Assembly: GCA_963770895.1 (NCBI GenBank)
Contig: CAVYRF010000002.1
Span: 2,432,001-2,496,000, forward strand
DNA from: an uncultured Acidobacteriota bacterium
Lineage (GTDB): Bacteria > Acidobacteriota > Thermoanaerobaculia > Multivoradales > UBA5704
DNA: 64,000 nt
Direction: 5' to 3'
This document shows positions 38,647-49,293 of this stretch, in pieces. Numbering within the stretch: the first letter of the stretch is position 1; the number at the start of each line of letters is the position of its first letter. The translations under genes and the position numbers were made by a program. The notes under the pieces are model-generated. The model saw only the letters and a list, made by a program, of their open reading frames with translations. It was not told where the DNA came from and searched no databases.

Positions 38647-39390
38647 GTGGCCGCGCGCCTCGATCAGCTGTTGGTTGAGCGCGGACTGTTTCCCAGCCGC
38701 GAGCAGGCTCGGCGCGCCGTGATGGCAGGGGTGGTGAGCGTCGACGGGCGCCGCATGGACAAGCCGGGTGCCGCCGTCGCCGCCGCCGCCGATCTGCAGG
38801 TGGCCGCGCGCGAACCGTTCGTGTCGCGCGCCGGCCGCAAGCTGGCCGCGGCGCTCGACCATTTTGCCCTGGACCCCCAAGGCTGGATCTGCCTGGACGT
38901 CGGCGCCTCGACCGGCGGCTTCACCGACTGCCTGCTGCAGCGCGGCGCGGCGCGCGTCTACGCGCTGGACGTCGGCTACGGCCAGCTGGACGCCGGCCTG
39001 CGCGGCGACCCGCGGGTGGTGGTGATGGAGCGCGTCAACGCCCGCCACCTGCCGGCCGGACTGCTGCCGCAGCCCTGCGACCTGATCACCGTCGACGTCT
39101 CCTTCATCTCGCTCGCCAAGGTGGTGCCGGCGCTCGCGCCGCACCTCGCGCCGCACGGCCAGCTGCTGCCGCTGATCAAGCCGCAGTTCGAGGCCGGCCG
39201 CGGTGCCGTCGGCAAGGGCGGCATCCTGCGCGATGAGGTGCTGCGCCGCCAGGTGATCGAGAGTTGCGCCCGCCAGCTGGAAACCGTGGCGGATCTGGAC
39301 CTGTCGCCGCTGGGGGTCTACGACTCGCCGGTGGCGGGCGGCGGCGGCAACCGCGAGGCCTTTGCGCTGCTGCGGCGGAGGGCGGCGTGA
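38647..39390 (+). CDS. tlyA: TlyA family RNA methyltransferase
   Basis: S4 domain RLD.LL, VSR.G.KL, LDVGASTGGFTD, DVSFISL and IKPQFE. Start approximate. Confidence 0.92.
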   Translation: MAARLDQLLVERGLFPSREQARRAVMAGVVSVDGRRMDKPGAAVAAAADLQVAAREPFVSRAGRKLAAALDHFALDPQGWICLDVGASTGGFTDCLLQRGAARVYALDVGYGQLDAGLRGDPRVVVMERVNARHLPAGLLPQPCDLITVDVSFISLAKVVPALAPHLAPHGQLLPLIKPQFEAGRGAVGKGGILRDEVLRRQVIESCARQLETVADLDLSPLGVYDSPVAGGGGNREAFALLRRRAA

Positions 39391-40286
39391 ACCCACCCAT
39401 CCGCCGCGTCGGCATCGTGGCCAAGCGAGGCAGCCAGCCGGCGGTGGCGACCGCCGGCGCCCTGGTGGATTGGCTGGAGCGCCGCGGTCTGGCGGTGTTC
39501 CTGGAAGCCGGCACCCACGCGGCGCTCAACCGCCACGGCGCCGACTTCATCCCCGCCGCCGGCTGCGACCTGGTGGTGGTGCTGGGCGGCGATGGCACCC
39601 TGCTGGCGGTGGCCCGCACGCTCGACCCCGGCGTGCCGATCCTGGGGGTCAACCTGGGCAACCTCGGCTTCCTCACCGAGATCAGCCGCGCCGCCCTGTA
39701 CCCGGCGCTCGAGCAGGTCCTGGCGGGCGACTTCGTCACCGAGGAGCGGTCGCTGTTCGACGTCGAGCGCCGCAGCGCGCCGCCGGCCGCCGGCGACGCG
39801 GTGACGCAGCGTTTCCGGGTGCTCAACGATGCGGTGATCACCAAGAGCGCGCTGTCGCGGATCATCGACCTGACGATCGAAGTGGACGGCCACCTGATCG
39901 CCCGCTACCGCTCCGACGGCCTGATCATCTCGACCCCCACCGGCTCGACGGCGTACAACCTGTCCGCCGGCGGCACCATCGTGCACCCGCTGCTGCCGGT
40001 GGCGGTGCTGACGCCGATCTGTCCGCACGAGCTGTCGCTGCGCCCGATCGTGGTGCCCGGCAGCAGCCGCATCGAGGTGACCCTGGCCACCCAGCCGGAA
40101 GAGGTCTTCCTCACCCTCGACGGCCAGGAGGGGACGGAGCTGGCCTACCGCGACGTGGTGGCGGTCACCCAGAGCGCGGCGTCGGTGCGCCTGGTCAAGG
40201 TCGACGACCGCAGCTTCTACGACAACCTGCGCGAAAAACTGCGTTGGGGAGGGCTCGACCGGTCCGGCGACGGGGGCGCGCCCTGA
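39387..40286 (+). CDS. nadK: NAD(+) kinase
   Basis: GGDGT, GNLGFL, LND and DGLIISTPTGSTAYNLSAGG. GTGA overlap with tlyA. Confidence 0.94.
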   Translation: MNPPIRRVGIVAKRGSQPAVATAGALVDWLERRGLAVFLEAGTHAALNRHGADFIPAAGCDLVVVLGGDGTLLAVARTLDPGVPILGVNLGNLGFLTEISRAALYPALEQVLAGDFVTEERSLFDVERRSAPPAAGDAVTQRFRVLNDAVITKSALSRIIDLTIEVDGHLIARYRSDGLIISTPTGSTAYNLSAGGTIVHPLLPVAVLTPICPHELSLRPIVVPGSSRIEVTLATQPEEVFLTLDGQEGTELAYRDVVAVTQSAASVRLVKVDDRSFYDNLREKLRWGGLDRSGDGGAP

Positions 40287-43200
40287 GCACGGCGCGGCGT
40301 GTGCCAGGGCGCCTGCGCCGCTGGGTCGTGCGTCCGGTCGTCTGGCTGCTGCTCGCTGCGATCTCCCTGGTGGCGGCGGTCATCCTGTTTTTCGGCAGCC
40401 GCTACGCCCGCGGCAGCGCTGCCGACCTGCTGCGCGGCGAGCTGTCGGACGCCCTGGGGCGCGAAGTGGCGGTGCGCTCGGTCGACTTCGACCTGTGGAG
40501 CTGGCACCCGGTGTTCGAAGCGCGCGGCCTCGTCATCCCCGGTCCCACCCCGACCGATCCCGCGGTGCTGCGCCTGGCGCTGCTGCGCGCGCGCATTTCG
40601 TGGCGGGCGCTGGCGAAACGCCGCCTCGATCTCGAACAGGTGGACGTGGAACGGCCGCAGATCTATCTGCGTTTCAATCCCGACGGCAGCACCAACCTGC
40701 CGCACCTGCGCCGCGGCCAGGGCAACCAACCGCAACGCGTGGCCATCGCGATCGATCGCCTGCTGGTGGAGAACGGCACGTTTCAATACAACGAGCGGCG
40801 CGGCCGCCTGGACCTGACCGCGCGCGCCATCTGGGCGCGCCTGGGCGAGGGCGAAGACGGTCCGGCGACCGCCGCCCTCCCGGCGGCAAAGCCCGCGCCG
40901 CCGGCGGCCCGCGAAAACCCTGCCCTGGCGTTCCAGCTGACCGCGCAGGACGTGGTTCTGGCGCTGCCCGACGCGGCGCCCTGGCCGCTGACGGTCGCGG
41001 CGCGCGGCAAGATCAGCGGCGGCGACCTGCGCCTGGCCGCGGTCCGCCTGTCGGGTCCCGATCTGCGGCTGCGGGTCGACGGCACCATCTCCTGGCGGGG
41101 GGAGAACGCGATCGACCTGGCCGCCGACGGACGGTTGGCCACCCACTGGCTCAACCGGGTGCACTACCTGGACGAGCCGATCGACGGCACGGCCGCGGTC
41201 GCCGGCCATTTCGCCCTCCAGCACACCGTGTGGGGATACTGGGGCAGGCTCACGGCGCCGCGCATCGGCATCCTGCACCGCGAGTTCCGCGACCTGGTCG
41301 CCGACTTCCGCGGCGACACCGACCGCCTGGCGGTGGACGTGCGCCGCTCCATCTACGCCCAGGGCGAGGTGAGCGGGCCGGTGGTGATCGAAACCGGCGC
41401 CCCGTCAAGCCCGCTGGGCGGCCGCCCGGTGGTGCTCGACCTGGCCATTCGCGGCATGGCCCTGCAACCGTTCCTGGTCGACCTGTTCCCGGACCAGTTC
41501 GCGGGTCCGGCGCCGGACGTCGAGCTGGCGGGCCGGGCCAACGGCCGCCTGCGTTTCCGCTTCCAGAGCTCGCGCTGGCGCACCGGCAGCGGCCAGGCGG
41601 ACCTGCAGGTGGAGGCGGCCCAGGCCGGCATGGCGGGCAGCGAGGGCCTGCGGGTGGCGGGGTCGGTGCCGCTGCAGATGGCGGCCGGCGTGCTCACCGG
41701 CGGCGCGATCCAGGTCACCGCCCCCGGCCAGGAAGGGACGGTCAGCGGCTTCACCTACAACCTGCAAAGCGGCGCCGGGCGCCTGGACTACCGCCTGGTG
41801 TCGCACGACACCGGGGCGCTCGCCGCGCTGTTCCCGCCGGCGCCGCCGCGCCTGCCGACCGCGCACTGGACGGGGCCACCGTTGCGGACGCCCATCTGGC
41901 TGCCGGAAGTCGGCCACGGCACCGCCACCGGCGCCGTCACGATCACGCCCACCGGCTACTCGGCGGGCTTCGACCTCGACCTGCACGGCGTGGTCAGCCA
42001 GAGCCTCGGCGCCGCCGACCGGCTCACCGGCACGCTCACCCTGGAGCCGCAGGCGGTCGAAAACCTGCGCCTGGAAGCGACCGCCGGGGAGGCCGCCCTG
42101 ATGCTCTCCGGGCGCATCCCCTTCGCGCCCAGGCCGGGCGTCGCGCCGGCGACGCCGCTCGACCTGGCGGTGGACGCCGCCGAATGGCCGGCGGCCGGCC
42201 TGATCCCCTACCTGCCGGCCTGGTTCCCGATCCGCGGCCTGGCCGGCGCGGTTTCGGGGCGGGTGGACCTGGGCGGCGACTTCGACCACCTGACCGGCCG
42301 CGCCGATGCCGAGATCGAGGGGCTGGCGCTGGCCGGGATCGCGGTGGGACACGCGCGCGGCGAGCTGTCCTGGGACCCGGCGCGCATCGCCATCGCCGAC
42401 GGCGTGATCGAAAACGCGGCCGGCAAGCTCCTTGCCCACGGCAGCTTCGAGCGGGCGAGCGAGGCTCTGGACCTGACCGTCGACGCGCCCAGCCTGGACC
42501 TGGCGGCGCCGCCGGTGGCGGGGCTGCTGCACGTGCCGGGTCTGGGCGGACACGTCACCGTCATGGCGGTGGTCGGCGGCACCTTCGACAAGCCGCGGGC
42601 GACGGCCAGCGTGCACGCCCTGGGGCTCGGTTACGGCGGCCAGCCGCTCGCCGGCGACGCGGGGGGCGAGGCCCAGGCGTCGGTGACCTGGGACGGCGAG
42701 CTGGTGCGCGCCAGCGGCGCGGTGGGCAATGTCCTCACCTTTGACGGCGGCGGGCGGCTGGACCGCGAACGGGCGGCCCTGCGCCTGGATCTGCGCTCCG
42801 CCAACCTGACCGGCCTGCTGCACCTGGCGGTGCCGGCCGACGTCGGCGGGTCGCTGGCCGGGTCGCTCACCTACGACGCCGACTTCGCGGCCGGCCGCCA
42901 GCGCGGCGAGCTGCGCCTGGACGACCTGCGGCTGGCCTATGCCGGGCGGGTGATCACCAACCGCGAGCCGGTGGTGGTGGACATCTCGCCGCAGCAGCTG
43001 GACCTGCGCTCGGTCTACCTGGGCGAGCCCGGCACCGACCTGGAGCTGTACCTCGCGGGCACCGTCGGGCTGGCGGCGCCGATGCCGCTCAACCTGCGCC
43101 TGCAAAGCACGATCGCGGCGACCTGGCTCAAGCTGGCGCTGCCCGGCCTGGACGCGGCGGGGTCGGTGGACGTCCTGGCGGCGGTGCGCGGCCGCGTCGG

Positions 43201-44386
43201 CGATCCCGACCTGTCGGGCCAGGCGGTGCTGCACGAAGCGCGGGTGGTGATTCCCAACCTGGGCACGCTGGACGGGATGGAGGGGACCCTGCGCTTCTAT
43301 CGCGACCGCCTGGTGCTCGACGAGCTGACCGGCCGCCTGGGGGGCGGCACGGTCAGAATGAGCGGCCAGGTGGCGCTGCCGGGGGCGGGGCGCACCCTGG
43401 GCTACCGGTTCGAGATGGCGGCGCAAGGGGTCAGCGTGCGCTACCCCGAAGGCTGGGTCAGCCGCGGTGACGCCACGCTGTCGCTCACCGGCGGCGACAC
43501 CACGCGCCAGGTGCAGGGGACGGTCCGCCTCGATCGCGCGGTCTACGTCGAGGACCTGCAGGTCGATCTGATCCAGCTGCTGGTGCGCGGGCTGGCACGG
43601 CAGCGGGTGCAGGTGAGCGCCGCCAACCCGCTGCTTGCCGGCACCCAGCTCAGCCTGAAGATCCAGGGCGCCAACGCGCTGCGGGTCACCAACAACGTCG
43701 CCGACCTGCGCGGCGACGTGCAGCTGACCGTCGCCGGCACCATGGCCACGCCGGTGGTCTTCGGCACCGTGCTGCTGGAGCCGGGCGGCACCCTGGAATA
43801 CGGCGACAACAAGTACCAGGTCGACCACGGCGGCCTGACGTTCGCCAATCCCAATCGCATCGACCCGCTGATCGACGTGGCGCTCAAGATCGAGGTGCAG
43901 AGCTACGAGATCACGCTCAACCTCTCGGGGACGCTGGAGAAGTTCAACGCCAAGTTCTCGTCCAACGCCGACCTGGCGGACATCGACATCCTCGGCCTGC
44001 TCGCCGCCGGCCAGCGGCCGGAAATCGGCGCGCCGCCGCCGCCCGGCCCGCAGAGCGACCAGGCGGGGCAGGCCGCGGCGTCGCAGTTCCTGGCCGGCCA
44101 GGCTTCGGCGGCGCTGGGATCGCGGGTGGGGAAGCTGTTCGGGCTGGACCGCTTCCGCGTCGACACCCAGACGCTGACGGCCGCCGGCGAACCGACGTCG
44201 GGCGTGGTGATCACCGCCGGCAAGCGGCTGTCGAAGAACATCTTCGTCACCTACGTCAGCAACCCCTCGTCGCCGCGCCTGGACGTGCGCCAGGTGGAAT
44301 GGACCGTCGCCAAGAACGTCACGGTGCTGCTGACCCAGAGCGGCGACAGCTTCGCGGTGGACATCCAGCGGGAGACCCGCTTTTGA
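40283..44386 (+). CDS. tamB: TamB/AsmA-like translocation and assembly module protein
   Basis: N-terminal TM segment, long beta-taco-like repeats and a C-terminal DUF490-like region (DPLIDV..., GKRLS..IFVTY). Start approximate. Confidence 0.8.
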   Translation: MSTARRVPGRLRRWVVRPVVWLLLAAISLVAAVILFFGSRYARGSAADLLRGELSDALGREVAVRSVDFDLWSWHPVFEARGLVIPGPTPTDPAVLRLALLRARISWRALAKRRLDLEQVDVERPQIYLRFNPDGSTNLPHLRRGQGNQPQRVAIAIDRLLVENGTFQYNERRGRLDLTARAIWARLGEGEDGPATAALPAAKPAPPAARENPALAFQLTAQDVVLALPDAAPWPLTVAARGKISGGDLRLAAVRLSGPDLRLRVDGTISWRGENAIDLAADGRLATHWLNRVHYLDEPIDGTAAVAGHFALQHTVWGYWGRLTAPRIGILHREFRDLVADFRGDTDRLAVDVRRSIYAQGEVSGPVVIETGAPSSPLGGRPVVLDLAIRGMALQPFLVDLFPDQFAGPAPDVELAGRANGRLRFRFQSSRWRTGSGQADLQVEAAQAGMAGSEGLRVAGSVPLQMAAGVLTGGAIQVTAPGQEGTVSGFTYNLQSGAGRLDYRLVSHDTGALAALFPPAPPRLPTAHWTGPPLRTPIWLPEVGHGTATGAVTITPTGYSAGFDLDLHGVVSQSLGAADRLTGTLTLEPQAVENLRLEATAGEAALMLSGRIPFAPRPGVAPATPLDLAVDAAEWPAAGLIPYLPAWFPIRGLAGAVSGRVDLGGDFDHLTGRADAEIEGLALAGIAVGHARGELSWDPARIAIADGVIENAAGKLLAHGSFERASEALDLTVDAPSLDLAAPPVAGLLHVPGLGGHVTVMAVVGGTFDKPRATASVHALGLGYGGQPLAGDAGGEAQASVTWDGELVRASGAVGNVLTFDGGGRLDRERAALRLDLRSANLTGLLHLAVPADVGGSLAGSLTYDADFAAGRQRGELRLDDLRLAYAGRVITNREPVVVDISPQQLDLRSVYLGEPGTDLELYLAGTVGLAAPMPLNLRLQSTIAATWLKLALPGLDAAGSVDVLAAVRGRVGDPDLSGQAVLHEARVVIPNLGTLDGMEGTLRFYRDRLVLDELTGRLGGGTVRMSGQVALPGAGRTLGYRFEMAAQGVSVRYPEGWVSRGDATLSLTGGDTTRQVQGTVRLDRAVYVEDLQVDLIQLLVRGLARQRVQVSAANPLLAGTQLSLKIQGANALRVTNNVADLRGDVQLTVAGTMATPVVFGTVLLEPGGTLEYGDNKYQVDHGGLTFANPNRIDPLIDVALKIEVQSYEITLNLSGTLEKFNAKFSSNADLADIDILGLLAAGQRPEIGAPPPPGPQSDQAGQAAASQFLAGQASAALGSRVGKLFGLDRFRVDTQTLTAAGEPTSGVVITAGKRLSKNIFVTYVSNPSSPRLDVRQVEWTVAKNVTVLLTQSGDSFAVDIQRETRF

Positions 44387-47274
44387 GCCGCCGCGTCCGG
44401 CAACGCGGCGGCGGCACCACGGCAGCCATCCTGGCGGGGTGGCTGGCCGCGGCCTGGGTAGCGCCGGCGGCGGCGCGGACACCGGCCGAGCCGGCCGAGC
44501 CGGCCGGGGCGGCGACGCCGGCGGCACCCGATGCGGCCGCCGCCGCGGAGCCGGAGGTGCTGGCGATCGAGGTGCGCAGCGACGTACCGATCGCGGCGCG
44601 GTCGCAGGTCTACGAGCTGATCGAAATCAAGCCCGGCCAGCCGCTGGACGGCACGGCGGTGCGCCGCACCCTGCGCAACCTGGTGGCGACCGGCGCGGCG
44701 GCGGACGTCGAGGTGTACACCCGCGCCGAGCCGGGCGGCGTGGTCGTGGCGCTGGTCCTGCACCCGCTGGTGCAGGTGACGGAGGTGCGGGTGCGCGGCC
44801 ACCTGGGCCTGCACGCCTCCGACCTCCGCCAGGCGGTGCCGCAACGGACGGCGCAGCCGCTGGCCGAGGACAGCGTCGTGCAGGGCGTCTACAACCTGCT
44901 GGACCTGTACCATCACAACGGCTATTTCAACGCCAGCGTCCACGTGCAGGTGCAGCAGAACACGGCGCGCCAGGCGGTGGTGACCTACCAGGTCGAAAGC
45001 GGCGCGCGGGCGCGGGTGGGCGCGGTCGAATTCACCGGCGCGACGGCGCCCTTCACCGCCGCGGAGCTGGTGGCGCGCCTGCGGTCGCGGCCGGGGCGTC
45101 CGTTCGACCAGCGGCTTGCCGAAGACGACGCCGAGCGCCTGCAGGAGTGGCTGATCGATCACCAGCACGGGATGGCCCAGGTCGATCGGCCGCGTCAGGA
45201 CTACGACGCGGCGGCCAACACCGTGCACCTGACGTTCCCGCTGCAGGTCGGCCCGCAGATCCGCGTCACGGTGGCCGGCGCCGACTTGAAAAAGCTGCGC
45301 AAGAAAGGCCTGCTGCCGTTCCTGGGCATCGCCGGCTACGACGCGGCGCTGGTGCAGCAGTCGGCGGCGCGCATCCGTGCCTACTACCAGGCGCAGGGGC
45401 ACTACCACGCGCAGGTCGAGTCGAGCGAGCAGCGCGACGGCGCCGCCGGCCTGGACATCCAGATCACCGTCAAGCCCGGACCGGTCTTCAGCCTGGAATC
45501 GGTGACGTTTCAGGGCAACCAGAGCCTCACCGCGGCTCGCCTGGTGCCGCTGATGACCACCTCGCCGCGCAACCTGCTGCGGCCGGGCAGCGGCCGCCTG
45601 GTCCAGGACACGCTCGACGAAGACCTGGAAAACATCCGCTCCTTCTACGCCTTGCAAGGCTTTGCCGCAGCGAAGGTGGGTCCGGCGCGCATCACCGAGC
45701 AGGGCAGCATCCTGCGCCTGGTGGTGCCGATCGTCGAAGGCCAGCAGCAGCGCCTGGTCAACCTGGACCTGCAGGGCATTGCAAAGCTGGATGCCGCCAA
45801 GGTGCGCAAGTCGCTGCCGCTGCAAGCGGGCGGGCCGTTCCACCCGGTGCTGCTCGAGCAGACCCTGACCGCCATCCGCAACGATTACGCCGAGGTCGGT
45901 TACACCCAGGCGCAGGTCTCGGCCGCCACCGACTGGAACCGCGAGCACACCCTGGTCGATCTCACGATCAAGGTGCTGGAAGGGCCGCGCCGGATGGTCG
46001 ACCAGGTGATCGTGCGCGGCAACCAGGTCACCCACACCGACGCCATCCTGCGCTCCCTCAACGTCAAGCCGGGCGACCCGTTGGGCGAATCGCGCCCCTA
46101 CCAGCTGGAAAGCAACCTGTATCGCCTGGGGATCTTCTCGCGCGTCGACGTCAGCCTGGCGGGGTCCAGCTTCGACACTCCCGACCGCGACGTGGTGGTG
46201 TCGGTCGACGAAGGGAAGTTCATGAGCCTGGGCTACGGCGCCGGCTACGACTCGGAGGAGAAGTTCCGCGGCCTGCTCAGCTTTTCCGACAACGACATCG
46301 GCGGCGAGGCGGACAGCCTGCGTCTGGACCTGCGCGCCTCGTCGCTCGACAAGCGGTTCAGCCTGTTTTTCAACCAGCCGTTTCTCTTTTCCCACCAGGT
46401 GCCGCTCAACTCCACCCTGTTCGACTTCGACACCAAGGAAGTGACCTTCCGCGTCCGCCGCTGGGGCGGCCGCTCCGAGGCGGTCAAGATCGTCGGTCAC
46501 CGGCGGTTCTCGCTGGCGCTCGACTACCGGGTGGTGCGGCTGAACGTGGCCCCCGGCGTGGCGCTCAACTCCATCGAGCGCCAGGATCGGCCGGTGCAGA
46601 TCGCCAGCGTCATTCCGGCGATCCTGGTCGATCACCGCGACGACCCGCTGACGCCGACGCGCGGCTGGAGCTCGCTGGCGCAGGTGCAATACTCCTTCCC
46701 GGACTTCGGCTCGCCCGCCAACTTCCTCAAGCTCTTCCTGCAGCAGACCCAATACGTCAACCTGGGGCCGCCGGGCGTCCTGGCCGCCAGCCTGCGCTTC
46801 GGCGCCATCGAGGCGTTCAGCACCCTGGGCTCGGGCGACCCCGACGTGCCCAAGGGGCTGCCCAGCGCCAACGTCTTCATCGACGAGCGCTTCTTCGGCG
46901 GCGGCAGCACCACCAATCGCGGCTACGAGCTGGACATGCTCGGCATCCGCGGCCAGACTCTCATCCAGCCCGGCGCCCACTACATGCCCATCGGCGGCAA
47001 CGGCCTGGCGCTGGCCAACCTCGACTACCGCTTCCCCATCGCCGGCAACCTGGGCGGAACCTTCTTTTTCGACAGCGGCAACGTCTGGGCCGACTGGCGC
47101 GACATCCGGCTGACCGGCGCCGACGGCTTCAAGTCCGGCACCGGCTTCGGTTTCCGCTACATGTCCCCCATCGGCCCCCTGCGCGCCGAAGTCGGCTGGA
47201 AGCTCCACCGCGAAACCGCCCCCCCCGCCGAAGGCCCCCTGGTCTTCTTCCTCAGCTTCGGCAACCCCTTCTGA
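44383..47274 (+). CDS. Omp85 family outer membrane protein (TamA/BamA-like) with POTRA repeats
   Basis: Multiple POTRA-like units, RFFGGG..TNRGY, SPIGPLR and C-terminal FGNPF. TTGA overlap with tamB. Confidence 0.9.
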   Translation: MSRRVRQRGGGTTAAILAGWLAAAWVAPAAARTPAEPAEPAGAATPAAPDAAAAAEPEVLAIEVRSDVPIAARSQVYELIEIKPGQPLDGTAVRRTLRNLVATGAAADVEVYTRAEPGGVVVALVLHPLVQVTEVRVRGHLGLHASDLRQAVPQRTAQPLAEDSVVQGVYNLLDLYHHNGYFNASVHVQVQQNTARQAVVTYQVESGARARVGAVEFTGATAPFTAAELVARLRSRPGRPFDQRLAEDDAERLQEWLIDHQHGMAQVDRPRQDYDAAANTVHLTFPLQVGPQIRVTVAGADLKKLRKKGLLPFLGIAGYDAALVQQSAARIRAYYQAQGHYHAQVESSEQRDGAAGLDIQITVKPGPVFSLESVTFQGNQSLTAARLVPLMTTSPRNLLRPGSGRLVQDTLDEDLENIRSFYALQGFAAAKVGPARITEQGSILRLVVPIVEGQQQRLVNLDLQGIAKLDAAKVRKSLPLQAGGPFHPVLLEQTLTAIRNDYAEVGYTQAQVSAATDWNREHTLVDLTIKVLEGPRRMVDQVIVRGNQVTHTDAILRSLNVKPGDPLGESRPYQLESNLYRLGIFSRVDVSLAGSSFDTPDRDVVVSVDEGKFMSLGYGAGYDSEEKFRGLLSFSDNDIGGEADSLRLDLRASSLDKRFSLFFNQPFLFSHQVPLNSTLFDFDTKEVTFRVRRWGGRSEAVKIVGHRRFSLALDYRVVRLNVAPGVALNSIERQDRPVQIASVIPAILVDHRDDPLTPTRGWSSLAQVQYSFPDFGSPANFLKLFLQQTQYVNLGPPGVLAASLRFGAIEAFSTLGSGDPDVPKGLPSANVFIDERFFGGGSTTNRGYELDMLGIRGQTLIQPGAHYMPIGGNGLALANLDYRFPIAGNLGGTFFFDSGNVWADWRDIRLTGADGFKSGTGFGFRYMSPIGPLRAEVGWKLHRETAPPAEGPLVFFLSFGNPF

Positions 47275-47439
47275 GCGCCGGCAAGCTCACAAAAGCGGTG
47301 GCGTAGCATCGCGGCTTCGCCATCCGTCTGCCTACGGTAGACATTGCTGGACCGATGCAATGCCGCCTTGACGCAAAAACACCGCTGGTTCACCCCAGAC
47401 TGACCTGCCGCCGGATCTACCCGCGATGCGTCAATCAAA

Positions 47440-48219
47440 CTAACGCATCTCGAAGTGTTCAAGAAACTCTGTTAGCTTTGATCCGTTAACGACAAATATT
47501 GTGCGTTCGCTCGCAAGATTGGATGCGTCAAGAGTGACTGGTTGTCTCCCGTTGCTGACTCCCGTGGAAAGGCTCTTGGTAAATCTGACGAAACCTACCT
47601 CCTTGACCTCTGTGTCGAGGGGAAGATTGCCCGTATCGAGGTCCACTCTTGCTGGGTTGAAATTGCACACATGTAACCTTGCGTTCGTGACCACTACGGG
47701 AAAGTAGAACCACCGAACGAGAGGGGATTGAGCTCTGCTGCTTACAGCAAGCTCTTCATTCGCAATCGCTTCTGTCGATCGCAGCAGGACGCCTGCGGTC
47801 CTTTCCAGCATGGGCGAGTCATCATCACCACTACCCTTGACCATGCAGAATCTCGCGCTGGCCGAGTAGGGGCGCACGCTAACGCCTTCATCCCACTGTA
47901 GGGTGCGCGTCCCGTCTCCTTCCACCCGAGTCCAGAGGCGATGCACGCGGTCGTCTTGCCAAGAGGTCCCAGGATAAGGGAGGAAGATCCAATTCGCCTC
48001 TCCTTTGTTCCGTTTCGCCTCAATTACCAGTCTCATATTGTGTTTTGTGACTACGGCATCAATGAAGCGCTCGCGTCCACCATCTATCCAGCGATGTTCT
48101 GTCACGACAACTCTCCAGCAGTGGGTGTTGCTTGAGCTCTTTACCTCATGGCATACCCTTTCCTGATAAAGGAATCCAGAAGCGTTCGCAATGGCGATTA
48201 GGTCTTCGCTTGGAGACAT
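47440..48219 (-). CDS. Hypothetical protein, PD-(D/E)xK nuclease-like
   Basis: Lower GC; AGGGGG RBS; SGF.YQ..V helix followed by FID...VIEAK. Confidence 0.55.
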   Translation of the reverse strand: MSPSEDLIAIANASGFLYQERVCHEVKSSSNTHCWRVVVTEHRWIDGGRERFIDAVVTKHNMRLVIEAKRNKGEANWIFLPYPGTSWQDDRVHRLWTRVEGDGTRTLQWDEGVSVRPYSASARFCMVKGSGDDDSPMLERTAGVLLRSTEAIANEELAVSSRAQSPLVRWFYFPVVVTNARLHVCNFNPARVDLDTGNLPLDTEVKEVGFVRFTKSLSTGVSNGRQPVTLDASNLASERTIFVVNGSKLTEFLEHFEMR

Positions 48220-48473
48220 TCGATATCCCCCTTTGCTCTTGGCCTGGTCAATCTAGGCCCCTCTGACCAGGAATCTCCAGCTTATCAAGTGCAGTCCGCA
48301 GACGGTTTGGCCGGCGTCCTGTCCATCCTGCGAATCTCCTACCTCCAACTGTTCGCCTCGATTCTATGCGGCCGCGCAGGTCGGCCAGGGTTCACGCCTT
48401 GCTGACGTGCCCCCCTGGAACTGGCCTGGCGATAGAGTGAGTCCTCCGGCAAAGGCAGTGCCTGGAGGAAGCG

Positions 48474-48740
48474 ATGAGAAAGAGTCAGTTCACGGAAGAG
48501 CAGATCATTGGGGTGTTGAAGGCGGCTGAAGCTGGGGAAAAGGCCACGGACCTGTGCCGGAAGTACGGTATCAGCGAGCAGACGTTCTACCGTCGGAAGG
48601 CCAAATTTGGCGGCATGGACGTCAGCGAGGCGCGGCGCCTCAAGCAGCTGGAGGACGAGAACCGGCGTCTGAAACATGCGGTGGCCGATCTGACCTTGGA
48701 GGCGCAGGCGCTGAAGGCGGCGCTGGCAAAAAAATGGTGA
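48474..48740 (+). CDS. IS3-family transposase OrfA
   Basis: MRKSQFTEEQII..LK HTH, LEDENRRLK zipper and an A7 slippery run at 48728-48734. Confidence 0.92.
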   Translation: MRKSQFTEEQIIGVLKAAEAGEKATDLCRKYGISEQTFYRRKAKFGGMDVSEARRLKQLEDENRRLKHAVADLTLEAQALKAALAKKW

Positions 48741-49242
48741 AGCCCGCGGCCCGGCGCGAGGCAGCCACGTTCTTCCGGGAGGAGTATGGAACCAGCCAGG
48801 TGCGTGCCTGCGCTATGGCGAGCCATCATCGTTCGACCTATGCCTATCGGATCCAGATGACGCCAGAAGCTGAGGTCTTGCGCCGGCGGCTGCGCGAGCT
48901 CGCCGCAGCGCGGCCGAGGTATGGGTACCGACGCCTCCAGGTGCTTCTGGTCCGAGAAGGCCATGAGGTGAATCACAAGCGCGTGCATCGGCTCTATCGC
49001 GAGGAAGGCTTGACGGTGCGCCGGCGCCTGCGCAAGCGGGTTTGCCGTGAGCAGCGCCGGCCGCTGGCACGGGCGGAGCGGCTGAACCAGTTTTGGTCGA
49101 TGGATTTCATCGGCGACACTTTGGCCAACGGCAGAACCTTCCGCAGCCTCAACATCGTCGACCAGTGCAGCCGGGAATGCCTTGCTTTGGCGATTATGAC
49201 TCTGTTGACACCACGCCAGAGCGATTCCCGCGGAGTACTCTT

Positions 49243-49272
49243 TTGACGGCGTACCGCTAAATGCGGTACATT
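49243..49272 (+). promoter_or_regulatory. Putative promoter with palindromic operator for the RHH gene
   Basis: TTGACG, 18-bp spacer, TACATT; perfect inverted repeat GTACCGC-N5-GCGGTAC at 49251-49269. Confidence 0.55.
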
Positions 49273-49293
49273 TCACCTGGGAGGTAATTGAAC

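Noticed and set aside
41405-47306. Long alternative and antisense ORFs (e.g. 41405..44527, 44251..47208, 44439..47306) and similar ones throughout
   Set aside because: Typical high-GC shadow frames overlapping well-supported genes, Arg/Ala/Pro-rich with no motifs.
47401-47420. TGACCTGCCGCCGG resembling an IS3-family end
   Set aside because: The match is short, with no partner IR and no transposase remnant adjacent.
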